Positions 10,726 to 20,414 of a stretch of DNA of 64,000 nt are shown here, piece by piece. Both the position numbers and the translations under genes were made by a program. The notes beneath the pieces were generated by a model. The model did no database searches. It was given only the letters and a program-made list of their open reading frames with translations, and was not told the origin of the DNA. How positions within the stretch are numbered: the first letter of the stretch is position 1; each line of letters begins with the position of its first letter. Origin of the DNA: Rhodobiaceae bacterium. GTDB taxonomy: Bacteria; Pseudomonadota; Alphaproteobacteria; Rhizobiales; TMED25. Where the stretch lies: assembly GCA_002704755.1 (NCBI GenBank), contig PAHC01000011.1, positions 66,780 to 130,779 on the forward strand, given 5' to 3'.

Positions 10726-11433
10726 ATGAAAAAAAACAATATATTAATTTCATCTGTTGCAATAGTTTGCTTATTATCCATTTTTTATTTTACATTTAAT
10801 TCACATACAGAAACCACAGAAGACGTAGTTTCGCACACTATGGATAACACTAATAACATAGGATCTCAATTTTTTTTAGAAATGGAGTCTAAAATAATTA
10901 ATGCATCCCTTGAAGAACTAACTCTTGGAGACCCAAACGCACCTATTACAATTATTGAGTATGCGTCTATGACATGCTCCCATTGTGCTGATTTTCATAA
11001 TATGACGTATCCAGATTTGAAAAAAAATCACATTGATACAGGTGAAGTTAGATTTATTTTTAGAGAATTTCCTCTAGACAAACTAGCTATGGCAACTTCA
11101 ATGCTCGCAAGATGTGTGGATAATGAAATATCCCTGGCATTTATTGAGATATTATTTAAAAACCGTGATAGATGGATGTCAGAAAACGCCCTGGTTGAAC
11201 TAAAAAATTTTTCAAAGCAAGCAGGACTAGATAGCAATGAATTTGATGCTTGTCTAAGCGATCAAAAACTACTTGATGATATAATTGCTGTTAAAGAAAA
11301 AGCTATAGAAGATTATAAAATAAATTCTACCCCCTCTTTTATTATAAACGATAAAGTGATTTCAGGAAACAAACCCTACTCATTTTTCAAATCCGAGATA
11401 GAAAAAATTTTAGCTGACTATGAGGGTGCATAA
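10726..11433 (+). CDS. DsbA-family thiol:disulfide oxidoreductase, exported
   Basis: 235 aa with an N-terminal membrane anchor or signal sequence, a thioredoxin-fold CSHC active site and a TPSFIIN motif. Confidence 0.8.
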   Translation: MKKNNILISSVAIVCLLSIFYFTFNSHTETTEDVVSHTMDNTNNIGSQFFLEMESKIINASLEELTLGDPNAPITIIEYASMTCSHCADFHNMTYPDLKKNHIDTGEVRFIFREFPLDKLAMATSMLARCVDNEISLAFIEILFKNRDRWMSENALVELKNFSKQAGLDSNEFDACLSDQKLLDDIIAVKEKAIEDYKINSTPSFIINDKVISGNKPYSFFKSEIEKILADYEGA

Positions 11434-11444
11434 AGCTCACAATT

Positions 11445-14400
11445 ATGGAATTAAAAAAAATTAAATTACATGGCTTTAAGTCATTTGATAAGCCCACTGA
11501 ATTAGACCTATATCCCGGATTAACAGGAATTGTTGGTCCAAACGGTTGTGGAAAATCTAATATTCTTGATGGTCTGCAGTGGGTGATGGGCGAAACCTCA
11601 TACAAAAATCTTAGAGGGTCCGAAATGGACGACGTTATTTTTTCAGGAACAGATACAAGCGTTTCCAGAAATTTTGCAGAAGTATCTGTGGTTGTATCAG
11701 AAAATAAATTATCAAGCAAAAATAACTCTGATAACGAATTTGAAATAAGAAGAAGAATAGAGAGAAACTCAGGCTCAAAATATTTCATTAACTCAATCGA
11801 AAAAAGAGCGAAAGATGTCCAATTATTCTTCGCAGATAATTCACTTGGACCGCATTCAGTTTCAATAGTAAAGCAAGGTAATATCAACCAATTGATTGAA
11901 GCAAAACCAAGTGAGCGAAGGAAAATATTAGAAGAAGCAGCTGGAATAAGTGGGCTACACCATAGAAAGCATGAAGCCATTCTAAGGTTGAATGCTACAA
12001 AAACAAATATCGAAAGGATAAATGATGTTATTAACGAAATTAATACTCAATTATCTTCACTTAAAAGGCAGTATAACCAAGCAGAGAAATTTAAGATTAT
12101 TGCATCAAAAATTAGACAATTTGAAAAGGAATTACTGCAAATTGAATGGAATGCATTGACTGATAGAGAGAGTGAATTAAAAAATCAAATTTCAACCAAA
12201 GAAAATACTATCCAACTCCAAAAAAACAAAATTAATGAACTTCAAATCAAAGAGGGTAATCTAAAAAAAAAATTCAACCCATAAGAGATGACTACAATTC
12301 GACTTCAGAGGAAATTCAAAAGAAGAGTAGTTCTTTATTAAACATTAGAAATGAGATCCAATATACTACTGAAAGAATTAATAATACAAAAAGTCAAATA
12401 TCAATAATAAAACAAGATATTCTGAGAGAAGAAAAGAACCGAGCAGATTACAAAGAACAATTGCAAAAATTAGCAATTAAAAAAGAGGAACTACAGAGAA
12501 ATCTCAATGAGATAAATAGGATAGAGCATGAAGTTATAGAGTCATCTATAGATGCGACACAAAACTATAAGTCCCTCGAAGAAGAATATAATATCTTTCT
12601 TTCAAAACTAGTGGTTAGAAAAACCGAAAAAACAACAATTGAAAATCAAATTAATGAAATCGAAAAAGAGATAATACATCACTCTGCTGAATTAGATCGG
12701 CTGGTGCAGGACGAAAAAAAAATAAAATTGGAAAATAGGCATGAAAAGGATCGACAGAGTCTTATTGAAAAACAAATATTGTTAGAAAACAATATAAAGA
12801 CATTATTAATTGATATCTCAGAAAAAGAATCCCTAAAAGAAAAATTACTAGAAGACATTCAAAACAATAAAAACCAAATTAGTGAACTAAATTTAAAGAA
12901 TAAGCAACTAACTATTTCCAGAGAAAATATTGAAACCTACCTAAAGGAAAATGATACATCAGACTCAATTATTGACTCAATTGATGTTGAAGATAACTAT
13001 AAATTATTAGTTAGCTCTATACTTGAGGATTTAGAAAACTCAACATTAGATGAAAATACAAAGTATTGGCTACTTAAAAAGGCAACACATTTAAATAATT
13101 TTGATAAATCTATCAAACCACTATCTGAGGTTGTTCAAGGACCAAAGGAAATATCTTTATTCCTAAAATTTACAGGTTTTACAGAAGAAAAAGATATTAA
13201 GAAGATACTAGAACTATTAGAACCTGGACAACAAGTTATAAATTCTGATGATAAGATTATTAGATGGGATGGGCTCATAAAAAAAATTAATATTAACAAC
13301 GAAACAAGCAATATATTAGCTGCCAAAATTAATTTTAAAAATAATCTAGATCAAACAGAAATAATTAATACTGAAATAATAAAATTAGAAAATCAACAAA
13401 AGCAAATTGAGTCAAAATATAAATTAACAATAGAAAAAGAAAAAGAATTGAAAGAATTATGGAGTGCTAAAATAAATGAACAGCAGGAGAATATTAATTC
13501 ACTTCAAATGATTAATGATGAAATAATTTTGACACAAGATATAACCACGCAAATAAAGACAAAAATTAATACTGAAAATGAAACTCTTAAGAGTCTTAAT
13601 AGCAGGCTTCAATCACTAAGAACACAAACAATAAAGCAAGATGATATTGATGTACTGGAAAAGGATTTGGTTAAGATAAGGCAAGAGTTTTATAATGCAA
13701 AAACCATAGCAGATATGAAGGAAACGAATACTCAAAATTTATTGAAGGAAAAGAGAGAACTTGAAAAGAATCTTGAAGATATTGTTGCAAGTAAAGATTC
13801 ATGGGAAAATAGAAAAATTCAATCTGATTCTCACCTTCAAGAGTTAAATTCTCGAATAGAGAATTTGGATATTCAGCTGAACAAACTTCAACATATCCCA
13901 TCACAGCTCGAGAATGAACAAAAAGAAATTGATCTAAGTATACAAGATCTATCCAAAAGAAGGCTTACAATCCAAGAAGAGCTTTTAATGAAAGAGAATG
14001 AATTTGAGGCTAATTTAGCGAATGTTAAAATCCAAGAGAATAATTTATCTCGAGAGTCAGAGAGTTTAGTGCATGCCAAAGCCCAGATTGAGAATCTGGA
14101 AGAAAAGAAGATTGATTTAAAAGATAAAATAAAAATCAATCTTGAAATTGATGTAGATAATTTACTTGATGATTTTAATTATGAATTAGATAAAGAGACT
14201 ATCATTGATGCACTCGCCGCAGCACATAAACAACGCGAGCAAATTGGAGCAGTAAATCTTACCGCAGAAGATGAATACATTGAAGTCAGAAATAGATATG
14301 ATCAACTCAAAATTGAACGAGATGACTTACTGTCTGCGACTGAAAATCTTCAAAAAGGAATTGTTGAAATAGATAAAGAGGCAAGAGCCAGATTACTTAA

Positions 14401-14878
14401 CTCCTATGAAAATGTTAATAATAATTTCAAATTATTATTCGAAAAATTATTTGATGGTGGTAAAGCTGAGTTAAGATTAAATACCGAAGAAGATATACTT
14501 GAGTCTGGGCTCGATATTATAGCATGGCCACCTGGCAAAAAACCCCAGACAATTTCATTATTATCAGGTGGCGAACAGGCGCTAACAGTAATTGCTCTCA
14601 TAATTGCAGTTTTCCTGGAAAATCCATCACCAATATGCATATTAGATGAAGTTGATGCTCCATTAGATGATAATAACGTAAAAAAATTCTGTGATCTGCT
14701 TGATGAACTATCAAAAAGTACGCAAACAAAATTTTTAATTGTCACTCATCATCCCTATACCATGTCAAGAATGGACAGGCTCTATGGAGTGACAATGGCA
14801 AAAAGAGGAGAAAGTGTAATATTATCAGTTGATCTAAATCAGGCAGAAAATATAGTGAAAGAAAATAATGTCGCGTGA
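11445..14878 (+). pseudogene. smc: chromosome segregation protein SMC, frame broken at the A10 tract 12263-12272 as assembled (track ORFs 11445-12284 and 12461-14878)
   Basis: The N-terminal head has Walker A GPNGCGKSN. The C-terminal head has LSGGEQALT and Walker B ILDEVDAPLDD, with long coiled coils between. The downstream frame is open from 12260, and a -1 shift in the A run gives one protein of about 1145 aa. It may be intact in vivo (see findings). Confidence 0.85.
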
Positions 14879-15179
14879 TGAAAAAAGTGCAGCAGAAGAA
14901 AAATTAAAAGAAATAGCTGAGAAGATTGAAAAACACAAACTCAATCATACCCCAAATGACGTTAAACAAAAAAATAAACGGGGGAAACAAATATCTATTG
15001 CCATGAGACTTTCAACAGAGCTTGTAGTGGCGTCGATTGTTGGAGCAATTCTTGGCTGGTATATAGATAAATGGTTAAATACAAAGCCAATATTTTTTAT
15101 TATTTTTTTACTTCTTGGAGTTATTTCGGGAGTAAAAACTGCAATATCTACATCAAAGCAATTATATGATGAAAGCTAA
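14868..15179 (+). CDS. atpI: ATP synthase protein I (AtpI)
   Basis: 103 aa with two C-terminal TM helices, sitting directly upstream of atpB-atpE-atpF'-atpF as in alphaproteobacterial F0 operons. The start overlaps the smc stop by 11 nt. Confidence 0.7.
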   Translation: MSRDEKSAAEEKLKEIAEKIEKHKLNHTPNDVKQKNKRGKQISIAMRLSTELVVASIVGAILGWYIDKWLNTKPIFFIIFLLLGVISGVKTAISTSKQLYDES

Positions 15180-15182
15180 TTA

Positions 15183-15215
15183 CTAAATTGATTCACAATT
15201 TAGTGTATTTTTTTT
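15183..15215 (+). terminator. weak hairpin plus T8 run after atpI (possible attenuator or terminator)
   Basis: Stem ctaaattg (15183-15190) pairs with caatttag (15196-15203) around a 5-nt loop, followed by tgta and T8 (15208-15215). The stem is almost entirely A/T, so stability is low. Confidence 0.25.
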
Positions 15216-15290
15216 ATCAAAAATAATAAATTTACTACCAAAAATGTTAAAACTTATATATAAGTTAGTTGTAAAAATGAGGATTAAATA

Positions 15291-16058
15291 ATGGCTGCTG
15301 AAAAATCTGGTGCTCCTGATCCAATGCATCAGTTTGACATCGTTGAACTGGTTGATATTGAGTTGTTCGGGCTCAACCTATCTTTTACAAACTCATCATT
15401 GTTTATGGTATTCAGTGTTGCCCTAATTATTTTCTTAACACTCTTTTCATTTAATGGGAGAGCTACAATACCAACAAGACTCCAATCTATTGCTGAATTG
15501 TCATATGAATTCGTTGCTAAAATGGTTAGAGACAATGTTGGAGATGAGGGTCAAAAATATTTCCCATTCATTTTCTGTTTATTCATGTTCGTACTTTTTT
15601 GCAACATGCTTGGAATGATTCCCTATACGTTTACAGTCACAAGCCATATAATCGTAACCTTTGCATTAGCTATAGTTATATTTTTTGGTGTAACACTTAT
15701 TGGGTTTATTATGCACGGTATAAAATTCTTTAATTTCTTCGTGCCCAGTGGTGTGCCAAAAGCGTTATTACCACTATTAGTTGTGATTGAGGTTATTTCA
15801 TATCTAACTAGACCAGTAAGTTTATCTGTAAGGTTATTTGCAAACATGATGGCAGGACATACTATGTTAAAGGTTTTCGGCTTTTTTGTTGCAGGTATGT
15901 TCTTTTCAGGGAATTTATTTATTTCCCCTCTCGGTATAGCTCCGTTAGCTTTTATCGTTGCTTTTACTGGATTAGAAATACTCGTAGCATTTTTACAGGC
16001 ATATGTTTTTGCAATCTTAACTTGTATATACTTGAATGATTCAATTCACATGCATTAG
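15291..16058 (+). CDS. atpB: F0F1 ATP synthase subunit a
   Basis: 255 aa polytopic membrane protein with the conserved [13 protein letters not shown] motif. SD TGAGGA lies 7 nt upstream. Confidence 0.95.
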   Translation: MAAEKSGAPDPMHQFDIVELVDIELFGLNLSFTNSSLFMVFSVALIIFLTLFSFNGRATIPTRLQSIAELSYEFVAKMVRDNVGDEGQKYFPFIFCLFMFVLFCNMLGMIPYTFTVTSHIIVTFALAIVIFFGVTLIGFIMHGIKFFNFFVPSGVPKALLPLLVVIEVISYLTRPVSLSVRLFANMMAGHTMLKVFGFFVAGMFFSGNLFISPLGIAPLAFIVAFTGLEILVAFLQAYVFAILTCIYLNDSIHMH

Positions 16059-16093
16059 CATTAATCGTTATTAAATTAAAAAAGGAGATAAAA

Positions 16094-16321
16094 ATGGAAC
16101 CAGAAGCAGCTAAATTAATTGGAGCAGGACTTGCTACAATAGCACTAGCAGGTGCAGGTATAGGCATTGGAACAATTTTTGGTAATTACTTATCAGGTGC
16201 TCTAAGAAACCCATCTGCAGCGCCGGGACAATTCCCTAACTTGCTATTAGGTTTTGCCCTTGCTGAAGCGACAGGACTTTTTGGACTTGTTATCGCTCTG
16301 ATACTTCTATTCGTTGTATAA
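16094..16321 (+). CDS. atpE: F0F1 ATP synthase subunit c
   Basis: 75 aa hairpin proteolipid with GAGIGIG, RNP loop and the carboxylate in ALAEATG. Confidence 0.95.
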   Translation: MEPEAAKLIGAGLATIALAGAGIGIGTIFGNYLSGALRNPSAAPGQFPNLLLGFALAEATGLFGLVIALILLFVV

Positions 16322-16351
16322 TAACGTAATCTTATTAGCGGATAGGTATTT

Positions 16352-16855
16352 ATGTCTGAATCAAATATGCCTCAGTTAAATCCAGAATATTTTGCTTCGC
16401 AAATATTCTGGCTTATTGTTTCTTTTGCCATTTTATACATTGTCATGGCAAAATTCGCATTGCCAAAGATTGCGAATGTAATTGAATCACGGGAAGATAT
16501 AATAGCTCGAGATCTTGAAGATGCAGAAAACTATAAGAAAGATTCTGAGGCAACCCAACTAAAATATACAAATGCTATAAAAGAGGCGCAAAATAAAGCC
16601 TCAGAGACACTAGCAATTTCAAGAGACAAACTAAATAAACAAATTGAAGCTGATAAAAAAACTTTTGATCAAGAAAGTGCTGAATTAGCATCTAGATTTA
16701 TTGCCGATCTTGATATGAAAAAACAGAAAGTTTTGCATGACTCAGAACAAATAGCAAATGATGTGGCAATTGATATTATTAATAAGATACTTGGAGCTGA
16801 TGCGCTTAAGCAAGATAATGTAAAAAGTTCAATAAAAACAATGTTGAAAAACTAG
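16352..16855 (+). CDS. atpF2: F0F1 ATP synthase subunit b'
   Basis: 167 aa with one N-terminal TM helix and a long charged helix. It is the first of two b-type genes after atpE, as in alphaproteobacteria. Confidence 0.8.
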   Translation: MSESNMPQLNPEYFASQIFWLIVSFAILYIVMAKFALPKIANVIESREDIIARDLEDAENYKKDSEATQLKYTNAIKEAQNKASETLAISRDKLNKQIEADKKTFDQESAELASRFIADLDMKKQKVLHDSEQIANDVAIDIINKILGADALKQDNVKSSIKTMLKN

Positions 16856-16866
16856 TAGGTGAATGA

Positions 16867-17346
16867 ATGTTAGAAAAAGACGCAACATGGGTAGCAATTG
16901 GTTTTATCTTATTCATACTTTTGCTTGTTTACTTCAAAGTTCCCGGACAGATTACAAAAATTTTAGATAATCGAGCTAATAAGATAAGAAGCGAACTCGA
17001 TGAAGCTAAAAAGTTGAGAGAAGAAGCTCAAGCTATGTTGGCAGACTTTCAGAAAAAAAATAAAGATGCCGAAAAAAATGCAAAAGCACTTATTGATGAA
17101 GCAAGAAAATTAGCTAAAAACTACGAGAAAGACGCAAAGTCAAAGTTTGATGAAAATATGGAAAGAAGAAAGAAACTTCTTGATGAAAAGCTAAAAAGAG
17201 CTGAAGTAGAAGCCCTCAATCAAATCAAGAATGACATTACTGATATTGTTTTTGATGCAATTGATAAATCTTTATCAAATAATAATATTAATAGCGAAGC
17301 TTCCGATAAAATCATTGATAACGGAATAAAAGAAATTACTAAATAA
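16867..17346 (+). CDS. atpF: F0F1 ATP synthase subunit b
   Basis: 159 aa with an N-terminal TM helix and a charged coiled-coil helix. It is the second b-type gene of the F0 operon. Confidence 0.8.
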   Translation: MLEKDATWVAIGFILFILLLVYFKVPGQITKILDNRANKIRSELDEAKKLREEAQAMLADFQKKNKDAEKNAKALIDEARKLAKNYEKDAKSKFDENMERRKKLLDEKLKRAEVEALNQIKNDITDIVFDAIDKSLSNNNINSEASDKIIDNGIKEITK

Positions 17347-17348
17347 TA

Positions 17349-17927
17349 TTATTTATTTTTATTATATTCTATTTGATCAGCTGTCAGTTTAAAGCCAAGT
17401 AGAATTTGATAATCCTGAGATCTTTTGGATTGTTCAAAATCGAGTCTATAGTTGTTCACAACATACTCAAACCTGGCCAATGAAGCACCATCGGGAATGT
17501 CTACATCAATGTCTATGTATTTTCTAGATAAAACTTCTTTCTTATTATTTACGATAGCTATGAATGCTGGCAGTTCATAATAATTATCCATTGCTCGTTG
17601 TCCAAGAGAAATTGTACCAATTATATATAAATTTCCCAGTGAATAATCTTGTTCGACATTGCATTCATAATCTACTCTGTCAATCCTTCCTCTATAAATA
17701 ACATTAGCCTCATCAAAAGAGCCAAAATCCATAAACTCATTTATGCTGATGGCATCAGCAAGGATCATTGGTTTTGGGCAAACAACTTCTTCGGCTACAT
17801 TTTTATTAAACGGATTTATATTATATTTAGATAGATCTGGCATGCCAAGATTTGGCATGCTAAAATCTGAGACTGTCTCGCATGCTGATAACATTAAGAG
17901 TAATATAATTGGAAGAAATTTTTTCAT
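17349..17927 (-). CDS. putative lipoprotein, function unknown
   Basis: 192 aa with signal peptide and lipobox MKKFLPIILLLMLSAC. I recognise no catalytic motif. Confidence 0.6.
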   Translation of the reverse strand: MKKFLPIILLLMLSACETVSDFSMPNLGMPDLSKYNINPFNKNVAEEVVCPKPMILADAISINEFMDFGSFDEANVIYRGRIDRVDYECNVEQDYSLGNLYIIGTISLGQRAMDNYYELPAFIAIVNNKKEVLSRKYIDIDVDIPDGASLARFEYVVNNYRLDFEQSKRSQDYQILLGFKLTADQIEYNKNK

Positions 17928-18062
17928 TTACTATTCGTGAAATATATTTGAACTATTATTTTCTTATATATATTATTCATAATATCATTTGTAAATCCAT
18001 ATGAATATACTTTGTTGAATACTTGTGTGGATAATAGATGAAACTAAAAGGAAATATATAAA

Positions 18063-19001
18063 ATAAACGAATTAAATGTACATTTAGCAAATCCGAGGGG
18101 GTTTTGCGCAGGAGTTGAAAGAGCAATTCAGATTGTAGAGGAAGCATTATTGGAGTATGGACCACCTGTTTTTGTTCGGCATGATATCGTTCATAATAAG
18201 ACTGTTGTGAATGAACTGAAATCAAAAGGAGTTATTTTTGTTGAAGAATTAGATGAGATCCCAAATACAAAGCAACCAATTATATTTTCTGCACACGGTG
18301 TAGCTAAATCAATTATTAATGACGCAAAGAATAATAATTTGAATATTATTGATGCCACTTGCCCATTAGTCTCTAAAGTACATATTGAAGCAACAAAACT
18401 TCATAATAATGGATATGAAATTATACTAATTGGGCATAAGAATCACCCAGAGGTTATCGGTACTATTGGGCAATTACCAAATGGCTCAATTAAATTAATA
18501 GAAGATATAGAAGATGCTAAAAAATTTATACCCAATCAAATAAATAAATTAGCCTATATTACTCAGACAACGTTATCTGTTGACGATACAATTGAGATCA
18601 TTAATTTACTAAAATCTAAATATCCAAACATTAAATCACCTCATAAAAATGATATATGTTATGCAACTACCAATAGACAAGAAGTTGTAAAAAATATTTC
18701 TAAAGTAGCAGAAGTCATTTTTGTTGTTGGTTCAGAACATAGTTCAAACTCTCAACGATTAGTTGAGGTTGGTAAAAAATCTGGTTGCAAAGCTAGCTAT
18801 CTTATAGAAGATGAAACTAAAATAAAATGGGATGTTTTAGATAATATCAAAAATCTAGCTATTACTGCTGGTGCATCGGCTCCTGAGGTCATTGTTGAAA
18901 GGATTATCAAAGAAATTTCGAAAAAATATAAAATTAATTTAGTTAACAATACATATACCGAAGAAAAAATAACCTTTAAATTACCCAAGATTAGAAGATA
19001 G
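18063..19001 (+). CDS. ispH: 4-hydroxy-3-methylbut-2-enyl diphosphate reductase (start codon uncertain; ATA 18063 proposed)
   Basis: IspH motifs ATCPLVSKVH, GHKNHPEVIG, ICYATTNRQ and VVGSEHSSNSQRL are present. The conserved N-terminal LANPRGFCAGVERAI (18084-18128) lies upstream of the track start TTG 18150, in the same frame. That frame has no ATG/GTG/TTG between the stop at 18045 and 18150. Confidence 0.88.
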   Translation: MNELNVHLANPRGFCAGVERAIQIVEEALLEYGPPVFVRHDIVHNKTVVNELKSKGVIFVEELDEIPNTKQPIIFSAHGVAKSIINDAKNNNLNIIDATCPLVSKVHIEATKLHNNGYEIILIGHKNHPEVIGTIGQLPNGSIKLIEDIEDAKKFIPNQINKLAYITQTTLSVDDTIEIINLLKSKYPNIKSPHKNDICYATTNRQEVVKNISKVAEVIFVVGSEHSSNSQRLVEVGKKSGCKASYLIEDETKIKWDVLDNIKNLAITAGASAPEVIVERIIKEISKKYKINLVNNTYTEEKITFKLPKIRR

Positions 19002-19009
19002 ATTAATAA

Positions 19010-19978
19010 ATGGCGGTATATACCAAAGTAAATCTAGTTGAGGCTCAAAATTTTATTAATAAAAATTATGAGTTAGAAGATATTTTGTCCATTACTGAGA
19101 TCTCAGAGGGCGTAGAAAATACTAACTATATTTTAGAGACAAGAAACAACAAATATATCCTAACTTTATATGAAGACCGCGTATCAGTATCAGATTTACC
19201 ATTCTTTATTGATTTGATGGTTTATCTTGATAATAGAAATATAGTATGTCCTAAACCAATAAGTATGAAAAGTGGTAAATATATCAAAGTTTTAAATGAC
19301 CGACATGCAGCAATATTTAGTTTTTTGAGTGGGAAGTCTACTCAAAAAATAACAAATAAAAATTGTTTCCTAGTTGGACAGACTCTTGCAAATCTTCATG
19401 AACAAACTTCTGAAATAAAAATAACGCGTCATAATCAACTATCTCAAAAACATTTGCCTAAATTATTTGACTCAATAAAAAATGAGTCTTTTAAAATTAG
19501 AAAATCCCTAAAATCTGAAATTAAAGATGAATTAAATTATTTAAATACAAATTGGCCTACAGGCCTGCCGAGTGGGATAATTCACGGTGATTTATTCCCT
19601 GATAATATATTTTTTAATGGTGATGAAGTAAGTGGAGTTATCGACTTCTATTTTGCATGCAATGATTTATACGTATTTGATATTGGTATATCTATAAATG
19701 CATGGTGCTTCGAGCAAGACAATTCATTCAATATTACTAAGGCAAAGTATTTACTCCGAGGATATAACTCAATTAAAGAACTAACTTCTCAAGAAATTGC
19801 CTCATTACCAATAATGTGTAGGGGAAGCGCTCTGAGATTCTTACTAACAAGATTAATTGATTGGAATAAATCAGATGATAATGCCCTTGTCATACCAAAA
19901 GATCCTATTGAGTATTATGCAAAATTAAAATTTCATCAAACTGTAATGAGTGCAAAGGACTATGGAGTATATGACTGA
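19010..19978 (+). CDS. thrB: homoserine kinase, type II (APH/protein-kinase fold)
   Basis: 322 aa with an aminoglycoside-phosphotransferase-like fold and catalytic IHGDLFPDNIFF...GVIDF. It follows the ispH-thrB-rnhA order typical of alphaproteobacteria. Confidence 0.85.
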   Translation: MAVYTKVNLVEAQNFINKNYELEDILSITEISEGVENTNYILETRNNKYILTLYEDRVSVSDLPFFIDLMVYLDNRNIVCPKPISMKSGKYIKVLNDRHAAIFSFLSGKSTQKITNKNCFLVGQTLANLHEQTSEIKITRHNQLSQKHLPKLFDSIKNESFKIRKSLKSEIKDELNYLNTNWPTGLPSGIIHGDLFPDNIFFNGDEVSGVIDFYFACNDLYVFDIGISINAWCFEQDNSFNITKAKYLLRGYNSIKELTSQEIASLPIMCRGSALRFLLTRLIDWNKSDDNALVIPKDPIEYYAKLKFHQTVMSAKDYGVYD

Positions 19979-20414
19979 TAAAGTTGAAATCTATACTGAT
20001 GGAGCGTGTTCTGGTAATCCAGGTATTGGTGGTTGGGGAGCTTATCTTAAGTATAAGGATAATGTGAAGGAATTATCAGGATCTGCTGAAAATACTACAA
20101 ATAATCGAATGGAATTAGTTGCAGCAATTGAAGGATTAAAGATATTAAAAAAAAGTTCTGAAGTTAATTTATATACGGACTCTGTTTACCTTAAAGATGG
20201 AATAACAAAATGGATATTCAATTGGCAGAAAAATAACTGGAAAAATGCTAATAAAAAAGATGTGAAGAATAAAGATTTATGGATTCAGCTTCTAGAGGTG
20301 GTTAATAAACATGATATCAATTGGATATGGGTAAAGGGACATGAAGGTAATATAGGAAATGAAATTGCAGATAATCTTGCAACATCTGCAATAAGTAATT
20401 TTAAGGGTTTATAA
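19971..20414 (+). CDS. rnhA: ribonuclease HI
   Basis: Motifs IYTDGACSGNPGIGGWGA, TNNRMEL, YTDS.Y and WVKGHEGNIGNEIADNLA. I prefer ATG 19971 (MTDKVEIYTDG, 8-nt overlap with thrB) over the track GTG 19950. Confidence 0.92.
   Translation: MTDKVEIYTDGACSGNPGIGGWGAYLKYKDNVKELSGSAENTTNNRMELVAAIEGLKILKKSSEVNLYTDSVYLKDGITKWIFNWQKNNWKNANKKDVKNKDLWIQLLEVVNKHDINWIWVKGHEGNIGNEIADNLATSAISNFKGL

Noticed and set aside
11387-11980. 197-aa ORF antisense to the smc N-terminal head domain, plus smaller antisense ORFs within smc at 13135-13326, 13671-13904, 13888-14139 and 14404-14745.
   Set aside because: The plus strand encodes clear SMC Walker A and signature motifs. The antisense products have no motifs and arise from the Lys/Glu-rich repetitive coding sequence.
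12285-12460. Apparent 176-nt non-coding gap between the two smc ORFs, considered as a possible hidden RNA or insertion.
   Set aside because: In the -1 frame it translates without stops into typical SMC coiled-coil sequence continuous with both flanks, so it is coding sequence displaced by the frameshift.
17977-18225. 82-aa minus-strand ORF across the ispH 5' region.
   Set aside because: It overlaps the conserved IspH N-terminal coding sequence on the opposite strand and has no recognisable features. The region is better explained by ispH and its leader.
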